A stretch of DNA of 64,000 nt from Octopus vulgaris. Taxonomy: Eukaryota. Shown here piece by piece: positions 10,109 to 20,799 of this stretch (its first letter is position 1; the number at the start of each line of letters is the position of its first letter). The position numbers and the translations under genes were made by a program. The notes beneath the pieces are model-generated. The model saw only the letters and a list, made by a program, of their open reading frames with translations. It did no database searches and was not told the origin of the DNA. The DNA lies in assembly GCA_951406725.2 (NCBI GenBank), contig OX597814.1, positions 108,562,001 through 108,626,000 on the forward strand, given 5' to 3'.

Positions 10109-11104
10109 ATGGAATCCCCCATCTCGTATTCTCCTGTGACAAGTGATGCAGGATCACCGGCGGTGTCGCCAAAGAAAAAAGAGGCGGGGTCGCCAAAGGA
10201 AAAAGATATTCCAGCACCAGCGAGAAAATTTTCGGAAGTAGCTGGGAAGAAAATTAAAAAAATTAACGTGGACAACCTGGGAAAACATGCGGACTGTGTG
10301 TCAAAAGAGGGCACGGAAGTAACCGTGGCTTCAAACGCCCAAATACAGGAGGAAATTTCGAATAGGAGAATAATCTATAAGACATTCAGTATAACAAGCA
10401 GAGCAATACAAAAAATAGAGGAGAAAAAGATCGAAAACTGCTTAAAGCCGATAATGGATAAAATTACATATATCAATCGAGGGAAGAAATACGGCACAGT
10501 GGAGGTGAGATTCACATCAGAGGAGGTAGCGAAGAAGCTATCCATGGAACCCATAAAAGCGGAGGATATTGTTCTCCTACCCCTGTATAAAGGCAAGAGA
10601 ACTTCCAAGATCACAATGAACAACATTCCGCCAGAAGCGGATGCCGAAGTCCTGGTGGCAGCAGTTATGGTAGGCCTGGAGGAAAAAATAAACATCCTCC
10701 AGGCCACCGTAGAAGAAGAAGAATTCTGGAAAGGGCAAAAAATAATAATAGCCATACAAGCAGAAGTACAAACCCTGGAAGAGATCCCAGAGACTCTAAG
10801 GATAAGCGAAGATGAAAGAGTCACAGTCTTCGTAGAGGGCAGAAAGCCGAGGTGCTTCGGCTGCGGTAAGAAAGGGCATGTAAGGGCAGAATGCCAGCCC
10901 CAACCCAAACCGCAGGAAGCAGCTCAGCCAAGTGGAAAAGAAGAAGCCGTGTCATCAGAAACAGCGCTGGTCGGCCCAGGAGGGTCGACTGAAGGTGTGG
11001 AGGTGACAGAGGCAGCGGAACCAACGGAGGAGGAAAAAAAGAGCGAGGAAACGAAAAAGGAGGAGGGGTGGTCAAAAATCACTAGAAAAAAAAAGAAAAA
11101 CTGA
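10109..11104 (+). CDS. Element E ORF1 (true end probably near 11430; frameshifts in A runs)
   Basis: NRGKKYGTVEVRF, LLPLYKGKR, NIPPE, VEGRKPRCFGCGKKGHVRAEC; closest to the A ORF1. Confidence 0.85.
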   Translation: MESPISYSPVTSDAGSPAVSPKKKEAGSPKEKDIPAPARKFSEVAGKKIKKINVDNLGKHADCVSKEGTEVTVASNAQIQEEISNRRIIYKTFSITSRAIQKIEEKKIENCLKPIMDKITYINRGKKYGTVEVRFTSEEVAKKLSMEPIKAEDIVLLPLYKGKRTSKITMNNIPPEADAEVLVAAVMVGLEEKINILQATVEEEEFWKGQKIIIAIQAEVQTLEEIPETLRISEDERVTVFVEGRKPRCFGCGKKGHVRAECQPQPKPQEAAQPSGKEEAVSSETALVGPGGSTEGVEVTEAAEPTEEEKKSEETKKEEGWSKITRKKKKN

Positions 11105-11434
11105 AACCACCCCTCCCAAAGTAAACCAAAAAAAAAAAAAGGAGTCATTGAACTCATTTATGGCCGTTAAGGCCACGAACAATAGACTCGGAAATGTGTT
11201 GGTAGCGATGGCCAAAGTAGAAAAAATAGGAGGAAAAACGACTATGTTTTGTACAGAATAGGCCGGAAGGATTACGGACGGATAAAGTCCGAATTTTTCC
11301 ATGACGTAGGCCCGCTCAGAATGGATATAACATCTCCATATATATTCGAGGGCCTGCGTCAGACTCCCCCACGAGGCCCAGAAAAAGAGAAGGAAGAAGA
11401 AGAAAAAACCGAACCACTGATATAAAGGTAAGTA

Positions 11435-14400
11435 ATGGATTACATTTATGTTGGTTGTTTGAATGTGCGCGGCCTAGGGAGCAGGCTGGAAGCAAGGTCG
11501 CTTCCTGCATGATATCAGGTCGCGTAATTTAGATGTTATTGTTGCTACAGAAACCCGGTTAGAGGGGCCAAGAGGTCTACTCCCGCTGTTTGACGGCTAC
11601 GAGAGTTTTTTCTCTCCTGGCAGTCCTACAGGCGGGAGTGGGGTGTTGGTCCTATTAAAAAGAAACCGGGTTTCTGAGAAAAAGTTAATTTTTGCAGATC
11701 CAGAAGGTAGGCTGGTCGTCATGGATTTGACGTTCAGTAATGGTAAAGTTATCAGACTGGTTGCAATTTACGCACCCAACCATACAGGGCAAAGTGATTA
11801 TTTTCGTGAACTAGAAAACTTTCTTGGTACTTCGCATTCATTAGTGGTGCTAGGAGACTTTAACACAATTTGCAAAGCGGATGTAGATTATGTTGGCTCG
11901 TGTCCAGATAGAAAAGGCAACAGTGGCTTCATGGAACTGCTAAGCCGCTTTGAGCTAGCAGATCCTTATAGGCTGGAATTTCCGAACGCTCCATTGTGGA
12001 CATGGTCAAACAGCGACGGATCTTCCAGGTCATATTTAGATAGAATACTAATTAGAAAAGTAGACAGTAAAATAGCTAAGTGTCCACAGTTTTACCCGAT
12101 CAGCTACAGTGATCATAAAATGGTCACTTGTAAGCTTGACATAGATAAGGTTAAAAATAGAGGATCCGGTTACTGGAAACTTAATACGTCCCTTTTGGCG
12201 ATTAAGGAGTACAAAGACCGGATTAGGAATATAATTCAGAGGGCACTATCTGGTACCATCATTAATAACAAATGGTGGTACGCCCTCAAACGAGCCATCA
12301 AGTTTGAGTCTATTAGATATAGCATAGGAGTAGTGGCTAGAGAGGCTAGAAGGGAAACTACTCTAGTTAAGGAATTAGAGGAAGCCATGAAAACTGGCTC
12401 TGCGGCTCAGGTGGCGTCCAAGAGACTGGTGTTAAACCAGCACCTCGAGGCCAAACACATGGGCTGCATTGTCAGGGCTAGAATCCGTCATATGGGATGT
12501 GAAGGAATCAACGCCGTGAGATGGGCCCGAGTGGTGGAAGCTCAGCATGGTAACGATGCCACGATTCGATCTTTGACGAACCAACAAGGTGAGTTGATAA
12601 ACGAACCCGAGGAGATGTGTGAGGCCTTTCAGGAGCACTTCGCTCAGCTTTTCGGTGAGTGCGGCGGACTGGATAGGAGGAGGGCCTTTACGGACCTACT
12701 CGACGGTCTGCCGCGCTTATCGGGGCGAGATGCGGAGGGCTGTGAAGGGCCAATCACGCCTGAGGAGGTGGTTGAGGCAATGGCGGACTGCGGCGCGGGC
12801 AAGGCGCCGGGTTTGGATGGTCTACCCTATGAGTTATATAAGAGTATGCCAGACTTGTTCGGGCACCTACTGGCGGAGGTCTACGCGAACTGGCAGCAGA
12901 ACGGGCTTATACCCAGATCTGTGCGCCGGGGAGTAGTGACTCTCGTCAGAAAGGACCCGAGCAAGGGGGAGTGCATTGATAATTTCAGGCCCATCACTCT
13001 GCTAAACACAGAGTTGAAGATTTTGGCCAAAGTGTTATCGAAAAGATTGGCGCGTGTCGCGGATGGTCTGATCGGAGGGGCACAGACATGTGCCGTTCCG
13101 GGCAGATCCATTCAGGATAATCTCCATCTAATGCGGTACACTATAGAGGGGTTTAATAGTGATTCTGGCAAGGGTGGGGCACTGGTCCATTTAGACCAAT
13201 CTAAAGCTTTTGATAGGGTCGACCATCGTTACCTGGTATCTGCCCTGGCACAGTTCGGGCTGAGCCTTGGCTTCCTCAGGTGGATTATCCAAATTTATGA
13301 TAACATCGACTCGGTAGTTCGGGTGAACGGCTTCTTGTCGAAGCCGTTCAAAATCAAACGCTCGGTTCGTCAAGGGTGTCCGCTCTCCCCGCTTTTGTAC
13401 GTGATGGCTCTTGAGCCATTACTGCGAAAACTGAGCGGCATCCCGAGACAGCCAGGTAACGGAAAATCAGTGTCAGCGTACGCGGATGACATCACCATCA
13501 TCGTAACCGAAATGGACCACCTATGTAAAGTAGGCAAGGCCATAGAGGTTTACGAGACGGTGACAGGAGCAAAAGTTAATCGCGAAAAGTCAGTCGGCTT
13601 GCAACTCGGCACCTGGAGAGGCAAGTCGATGCCTCCTGACAGCGTCGTGGGACGTTGGACGGAGGGTCCGATTAAACTGCTAGGGGTCTGGTTCGGTCCA
13701 GACCTCCAAATAGAGAAGAATTGGGGCGAGGTAACGAGCAAGGTGGCTGCAGTAGCCAAGACCTGGTCTTGGCGGTGGCTATCCCTGAAAGGGAGGGCGG
13801 AGGTGGCCAATGTGTTTATCACATCGGTTATCACCTACCGCCTTTCCGTCGTTCCTTGCCCTGATTCGTGGTTGATCAAGTTGGAAAGACAGCTCTTCTA
13901 CTTCTTGTGGAAGGGCGGGAAACCACTTGTGAAACGCTCTACTTGCTGTCAACAACCGTTAAAGGGTGGGCTAGGGATGCCTTGGCTGATGATGCGCAGA
14001 CATGCGCTGAGGTTAAGACATCTGTGGCTCTACCTGGATGGTGAACGGGTGTGGTCTTCGCTAGCAAAACTGATGTTTCCCAAGTTCACTAGTTTCGGTG
14101 GATGGGAAACCTGGCTGAATCGTAGATCGAAACTTGGTACTTGGTACACGGAGTGTCGCAAGGCTCTCCTGCTATTCCGTCGCTCGGGCAACGCCTGCGG
14201 TGGGGGTTCCACCACATTCTTCTATAGAGGGTTGGTAGAGGCGGAATGTGAAGATACCTTGGGGGAAACCCTAGGTCTCGACGATAATCAGCTGGCCAGT
14301 CTGTTCCGACGTACGTTCAAGCCGAGGACACTGGACAACTTCCAGAAGTCTCTGGCATGGCAATGCTACAGAGGAGCTCTACCTGTTCGGGATAAACTCG

Positions 14401-14831
14401 CAAGGCACGGTGGCCAAGACAGTCCGATATGTCCAAGATGCGGGCGGGATAGGGAAACCGTCCCGCACGCTATTGTTCATTGTCCGGACGTGTCTGAGGT
14501 GTGGGTTTATGCCGAACAGCTGTTGTCAGGTACACGAAGAGTACAGCTGTCGACTGAGTCGATTACAAAAATTGACCCACCGGATTTCCTCGTGAATGAA
14601 GGTAAGTTTCGTTTTCTCGTTGTAGTAGCAATTGCGAAAGAAGTGATATGGAAGACGAGAATGAAAGGTTTACAGTCAGGCAAGTTCATCTCCGGCCCTG
14701 GTTTGATGAATTACTTCATCTTTCACCTGAAAAGGAAGATAGGGCTGGAGAGAATATGCCTGACTAGGAGAGTGTATGAAGAACGATGGAAGGATGTAGC
14801 ACGAAAGTTGCGAATGAAAGTTACAACATAA
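11435..14831 (+). CDS. Element E ORF2 (APE-RT-zf); one apparent frameshift near 11480
   Basis: ATG at 11435 gives MDYIYVGCLNVRGL, matching A's MAVYVGCINVR; a shifted frame gives WKQGRFLHDIR and joins the 1062-aa ORF containing GDFN, SDH, QGCPLSP, YADD. Confidence 0.9.
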
Positions 14832-15076
14832 ATGTAATACCAAGTGCAACCAAAAGTATCAGTGGGGAGGCGGGGCTCGTGGGGTCCGAGCTGAACCCGC
14901 ACCCACTCCATCTGTAATGTCTTCCGGTCTATTCCATCATTCGATTTTGTGTGTATTCTTGTAATTTCATGATATTTTTAAATCCGATTTTTGTGTAAAA
15001 ACCATCCGTATGTCTGACCCCAAATCAGATTGTTTTGTCCCCTCTATGTTTGCCCCTTGTGGGTAGTAATAAAACA

Positions 15077-15400
15077 ATCTGGAGGAAAGCACCATCGAGA
15101 AGTGTCTTGGTGCGACTATGAAAGATATCTAACCAGAGGCGGTAAATTCGCCACAATAGAAGCAAGGTTCGAGTCAACGGAGCGTGCAAGGGAGTACTCG
15201 ACTCGAACTTGCAAAGTGGAAATATTTTATTTTTACCTTTATATCTGGGACGTAGGACGTCCCGGAAAAAAATTTTAATGCCCCCCCACCCCGAAGTAGA
15301 GGTAGGTTGGATTGTAGCCACACTTCTATACAAGAGGGAGGACAAGATACAATTGATCGAAATTACAAGAGACGGGCTAACAATTCCAGTCTGTGAATAA
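15077..15400 (+). pseudogene. Decayed ORF1 remnant of an older related element; insertion target of D and E
   Basis: LEESTIEKCLGATM, YLTRGGKFATIEARFES, LFLPLYLGRRTSR, PEVEVGWIVA all match ORF1 blocks of A-E, with frameshifts. Confidence 0.8.
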
Positions 15401-15462
15401 AATAATATTGCACAATTCCAGCAAAATTCCAGTTTCTTTTGCGCAATCTTCGTGTATATATA

Positions 15463-16500
15463 CACTGGCCAAAATAAGTTTAAATTAGAAATTTACGGCA
15501 CTAATGAGCAATGAACAAAAATTTATTATTAGTATTGAGCTCCGTAGCCATTATTTTCAATTAGGGCCTTACAACGGCGGGACATGGAGTTCGACAAATG
15601 AGCAAAAAATCACTTGGAATGTTCTGCCATATTTCTTCAATAAAATTATATAATTGGGACAAATTTGCTGGTTTTTTAGCATGAACTCTTTTAGAAAAAT
15701 AATTCCATAAATTTTCTATCGGATTCAAATCCGGTCTCTGCGGAGGCCACTCAATAACCACCATATTATTACGCTCAGAATATTTCAAAACTTACCTAGC
15801 CATATGAACGGGGCAATTGCCCTACTGGAAAACAGATCCCATGGCATCTGATCATTTAAATATGGCAGCACATTTTCATTTATTAATTGCAGGTAGCCTA
15901 CACTGTTTGGTCTGCCATCAACTGAACCAACACCTAAGCTGCTGAGCGCGGGCCACACCATTAACACCCTCCCCCCCACACACACGCCACCTGCTTGCGC
16001 CGTTTTCTTGACACGTTTAGGATAGAATTCTTCAGTTGGACGGCGTCTAACATAAATCATTCCGTCTGATCCAAAGATGCAGAAGCAGGATTCGTTGCTC
16101 CAAAGAACTTTTGGCCAGTCTTCAGCCGTCCATTCCATATGGCTTTTAGCAAACTTGATCCGCTTCCACCGGTTCGTCTCAAAATTATCGGCTTCCTTCG
16201 AGCGATCCAACCGAACAGTTCAAATTCTTTTAAGCGGTTTCTGACAGTTTATGATGTAAAGCTTATGCCAGTTTCATCAGATAATTGCTTGCAAATGTCC
16301 ACTGCTGTTAGCATTCGGTTACCTTCAGAGAGCCTACGAATTCGCCAATCCATCAGTACAGTTTTTTTTTTGTCAGAGTGCCCGTTCTTTGCCAATCTTT
16401 GTATTGGCCAGTGGCTTGGTAAAGCTTCAATGCTTGAACACAAACCGTTTTGCTGCATCATAATTGCTTGTTAATATTCATGAAGGGCACATATTGCTGA
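15463..16500 (-). mobile_element. Decayed Tc1/mariner transposase
   Basis: FAKSHMEWTAEDWPKVLWSNESCF and WPPQRPDLNPIENLW, frameshifted; TA-CACTGGCC at 15461 resembles a Tc1 end; the other TIR was not found. Confidence 0.85.
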
Positions 16501-16879
16501 TGAAGCAACACGATCTTTGATCTAGTAACTGGGCAGAAACTACAATGCTTTCCCATAGCGAATTAATGTGTAACAATGGTAGATTATTAAACAAAACAGT
16601 GCAGTACGACCAGCCATATGACCACTCAAGAGTAAAAAAGAGAGACAGGCAGACGGAGAGAAAAAAGGAAAATGCCCCTTGCATTTGAAAACTATGGAAA
16701 TATATTTTTTAAAAAATTTCATTTAATTTTTCCCCAATTTAATTGTTTTGCATGCTTTACTCTAAGTTGAAAAAGTCGCAAAGTCTGAAACCGGTACTAA
16801 AATGTTCTTCATAATAAAATTATTTTAGCATTTTCTACCTTGTCCTATTTTCCTTATACATATCAACTCGTGTGTCACT

Positions 16880-16919
16880 TTTCAACCTTCTACACGCACA
16901 CACACACACATATATATAC

Positions 16920-16965
<46 letters not shown>

Positions 16966-17095
16966 AATTACGTGCGCGCACACGCACTCACACATACGCA
17001 CACACACACAAACGCACATACACGCACACATACATACGCGCGCGCACACATACATACGCGCGCGCACACACGCAAACCCACACACTCACACACTA
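16880..17095. repeat. (CA)n/(TA)n microsatellite (representative; many more, e.g. 19740-20077, 29810-31310, 38440-38510)
   Basis: Direct inspection. Confidence 0.95.
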
Positions 17096-17359
17096 TAAAA
17101 ACCCCATAAATTTAATCGTGGCTGTCCACTCACGAGCGAGTATACTTTGGTAACTTGTACGATACTTTCGTTAACTGCTTCAGATTGTTATGTAGTCACA
17201 GGCAGACATGGGCATCATTACGGTCACCTCACCATTGACAGTGTGAAATACGCAAAATATAACAGCTGGAGGGAATAGGAGAAAGAGAGGGAGTGGGAGA
17301 GAGGGAGAGGGAAAGGGCTGCACCAGTACTAGACTGGTACTTATTTACGGCTAAGTAGA

Positions 17360-18010
17360 CTGGACGGCCGATGACAGTACCACCTGATTGGCACTCGTGT
17401 CAGTGGAACATTAAAAGCACATCCGAACGTGGGGTGTAACTGGCCCACTTATGAGTACCCCCAATTCATTGGACAATGAACTTTGCTTGTGAAGACCTAT
17501 TGAGGCAAATGAAATCAAAATCGCTGACATGGCCGATGACAGATACGCCTGATTAGCACTCGTGCCAGTAGAACGTTAAAAGCATATATGAGTGTGATCG
17601 TTGCCTGGGCCACGGATTGACTCCCGTGCCAGTGACATGTGAAATGCACCACTCGAGTGTGATCGTTGCCAGTGTTGCTTTACTGGCACATGTGCTGGTG
17701 GTACATGAAAAACAACATTCGAGCGTGGTTGTTGCCAGTGCCGCTGGACTGGATCCCGTGCAAGTAGCATGTAAAAACACCTTTTCAGCATGGTTGTTGT
17801 CAGAACCGCCTGACTGACCCTCTTGCCAGAATCACGTAAAAGCACCCACTATACTCTCAGAGTGGTTGGCGTTAGGAAGGGCATCCAGCTGTAGAAACTT
17901 TGCCAGATTAGATTGAGCCTGGTGCAGTCCTCACCAGTCCTCAGTCAAACCATCCAACCCATGCCAGCATGGAAAGCAGACGTTAAATGATGATGATGAT
18001 GATGATGATG
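17360..18010 (+). mobile_element. Repeat family with internal ~55-60 bp subrepeats and (GAT)n tail (3' part of an RTE-type LINE or an RTE-dependent SINE)
   Basis: GAGTGGTTGGCGTTAGGAAGGGCATCCAGCTGTAGAAAC...GACGTTAAA(TGA)n; other copies near 23093-23640(-), 25485-25760(-), 28620-29075(-), 35320-35500(-), 37278-37450(+), 53925-54290(-); continuous with RTE coding sequence at 27.4 kb. Confidence 0.75.
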
Positions 18011-18796
18011 TATGTATTTATGTGTGTGTATGCATGTGTGTATTTGTGTGTGTGTATGAATGTATGTTTCCTTGGGATTTATTCTGAGGTTCTTTTGCTT
18101 TGCAGAATTCAAACTGGTCACTTAACAAAGTAATGAAGCTCTTTTGCTTAAGTTAATTGGTCGACGCACACACTTATGTTGTTGTTTGTTCCTTCTTGAG
18201 TCATGCCTGGCTCATAAGGGCCAGTTTTCCAGTTTCATTGGTGTATATGCTACCCACCTGGTTGGAATGTCATCTGTTGCTGGTGAGGTGTTAAATGCAG
18301 GGTTAGGGTTAGATGCAGGAGGAAAGAGTAAGAGAAAGTTGTGAAAGAGTCAGCAGAAGTTCGCCATTACCTTCTGCTAGAGTCGCGTGGAGCTTAGGTA
18401 TTTCGCTCGTAAACACATCACCCGGTCTGAGATTCGAACCCATGATCCCTTGACTGTGAGTTCACTGCTCTAACCACGTTTTTTTTTATATTCTCTCTTT
18501 GTTTATTTCCTCTTATTCCTTTCTGTCGAAGAGTGTTGGTTTGGAATGTAAAAGACTTTTCCATTTTTCCAGGGAGTCAAACTATTACACTTGTTTGTTG
18601 TTTATACACCTGTTTTCATCTTTTGTTTTTCTACAATTTCAACTGTAGGCACAGGCATGGCTGTGTGGTAAGAAGCTTGCTACCCATCCACATGGTTCCA
18701 GGTTCAGTCCCACTGCATGGCACCTTGGGTAAGTGTCTCAGGCCAACCAAACCTTTGTGAGCAGATTTGGTAGACAGAGCCTGAAAAAAGCCTGTA

Positions 18797-18848
<52 letters not shown>

Positions 18849-19024
18849 CGGTTATAAAATGAGATAGGGGTTGAAAATTCAACCGACCATGGGATAACAT
18901 ATATCCAATATACTGCTAGAGAGGTACCCAACAAGACTAATACATAAATGTTAAAAATTGCCAAGCAATTAGTTCATCTACTGTATTATGTGGGCAAAGG
19001 TAAAAATATTACCGTAAATTAATA

Positions 19025-19467
19025 CTACAAAATTAGAAAATGGAGAAACATACTTAAATCAATCAAACATCAACCATCAGATGATACCCAATCAATACTT
19101 TATTACACCATTACATAACAGTAAAGGCATTATACAAAATATATTATAAATATAATTAGACAAGGAAATAGAAATATAAAATATAAAATATAATATGTAA
19201 TTATATCATATCTGACAGCTGTTTCGGCAGAAAAGGCAAGCATGCCTCATTTAACCTATAAGCCATATAAGGCAGGTATAAATGAGACATTAACAAGGAT
19301 GCCCCACGGCCTCTTCAGAGAATTTAATTTATTATAAGTGTGAAAAAAAAAAAAAAAAAATTTTTTTTTAAATACATATAAATATAAAAATATAAAGTAT
19401 TGATTGGGTATCATCTGATGGTTGATGTTTGATTGATTTAAGCATGTTTCTCCATTTTCTAATTTTG

Positions 19468-19472
<5 letters not shown>
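19025..19472 (-). mobile_element. Short Penelope-like element remnant: ~80-bp inverted repeats around a hammerhead motif
   Basis: 19025-19103 is the reverse complement of 19392-19472, with a hammerhead core between them. Confidence 0.6.
19211..19321 (-). ncRNA. Type I hammerhead ribozyme motif
   Basis: Minus strand: UCU-CUGAAGA-GGC...GCC-GAAAC-AGCU-GUC-AGA; palindromic stem III, long stem II insert. Confidence 0.65.
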
Positions 19473-19514
<42 letters not shown>

Positions 19515-19740
19515 GTCATGCACACACACACACATATATATATGTATGTATATGTTTGTGTGTCTGTGTTTGTCTCCTTATCATTGCTTGACAACCGATG
19601 TTGGTGTATTTACCTCCCCGTTACTTAGCAGTTCAGCAAAACAGACCAATAGGCTCACAAGAATAAGTTCTGGGGTTGATTTGTTCGCTTAAAGGTAGCT
19701 CTCCAGCATGGCCACAGTCAAATGACTGAAATAAGTAAAA

Positions 19741-19799
<59 letters not shown>

Positions 19800-20154
19800 C
19801 TATATTTAAGAGATGAGGAATTATTTACATTATTTACATTATTTACATTTGACGGATATTTGTCCTCATCTTGTTTGTTGTTAATGCAACATTTTGGCTG
19901 ATATACCCTCCAACCTTCATCAGGTGTCTTGGGGAAATTTCGAACCTGGGTTCTCATGTATGTATGTATGTATGTGTGTATGTATGTATGTATGTGTGTA
20001 TGTATGTATGTGTGTATGTATGTATGTGTGTATGTATGTATGTATGTATGTATGTATGTATGTATGTATGTATGTATAAGTGCAGATTTGTATTTTTGCT
20101 TTATGTATGTATTCTCATGTATATAGCTACATATCTAAACATGCTCATATGTAT

Positions 20155-20410
20155 TTAAATGATAAACTTCTGGAAAGTTTTACAGATTCTTATAGTTCCA
20201 ATTAAGGCTTGGATCTGTAGTCTTCGAATTAGTTTTCTCCTTTCTGGTTTTAAGAAGCCTAATTTCTCAAGATTGGTATTTAGGAAGTGTGTTACATATC
20301 CCAGAACCCCAATAATTACAGGTATAAACCAGAACTTGCAATCTGGATAGACTAACTGTAGATTTCTCAATAGTTCAACATAGGTATTCTCTTTTTCACA
20401 GATCTTCAGC
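20155..20410 (-). mobile_element. 3' fragment of a restriction-like-endonuclease non-LTR retrotransposon (R4/Dong-like)
   Basis: KENTYVELLRNLQLVYP...FIPVIIGVLG...LQIQALIGTIRICKTF*, followed by a short UTR running into a (TACA)n array. Confidence 0.6.
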
Positions 20411-20527
20411 TGCAACAGCAGCAGCAGTGGCAGGGGCAGCAGCAGAAAACCAGAATTAAATAAAGTGGTTAAAGTGGTTAAGTTAGTTAAAGTGGTCGAC
20501 AGAATAAGTACCAGCCTTGTTATATAA

Positions 20528-20758
20528 GGCGGCAAGCTGGCAGAAACATTAGCATGCCGGGTGAAATGCTTAGCAGTATTTCGTCTGCTGTTACGTTCTG
20601 AGTTCAAATTCCGCCAAGGTCAACTTTGTCTTTCATCTTTTTGGGGTCGATAAATTAAGTAACAGTTATGCACTGAGGTTGATGTAATTGACTTAATTCC
20701 TTTGTCTGTCCTTGTTTGTCCCCTCTATGTTTAGCCCCTTTTGGGCAATAAAGAAATA
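20528..20758 (+). mobile_element. SINE with Nin/Deu-like central domain and a Tx1-type 3' tail; 18-bp TSD
   Basis: GGCGGCAAGCTGGCAGAA head, GAGTTCAAATTC B-box-like, CTTTCATC.TTTGGGGTCGATAAATTAAGT core; AGAATAAGTAYCAGCCTT at 20501-20518 and 20759-20776. Confidence 0.8.
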
Positions 20759-20799
20759 AGAATAAGTATCAGCCTTAAAAAAAAAAACAGAGAAAAACA

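Larger units (their letters stand above)
9899..15076 (+). mobile_element. Element E: full-length autonomous-type Tx1/L1-group non-LTR retrotransposon
   Basis: ORF1 + ORF2 + shared 3' tail; flanked by ATCTGGAGGAAA at 9887-9898 and 15077-15088. Confidence 0.93.

Noticed and set aside
1105-11435. Splice-donor-like AG/GTARG near ORF1 ends (1107, 7931, 11426), suggesting ORF1-only elements arose by splicing out ORF2
   Set aside because: C still retains the GT motif, B lacks it, no matching acceptor junction was seen, and the B-D UTRs are not copies of the A/E UTRs.
299-14911. Antisense and alternate-frame ORFs over elements A-E
   Set aside because: Shadow ORFs of purine-rich coding strands with no recognisable motifs.
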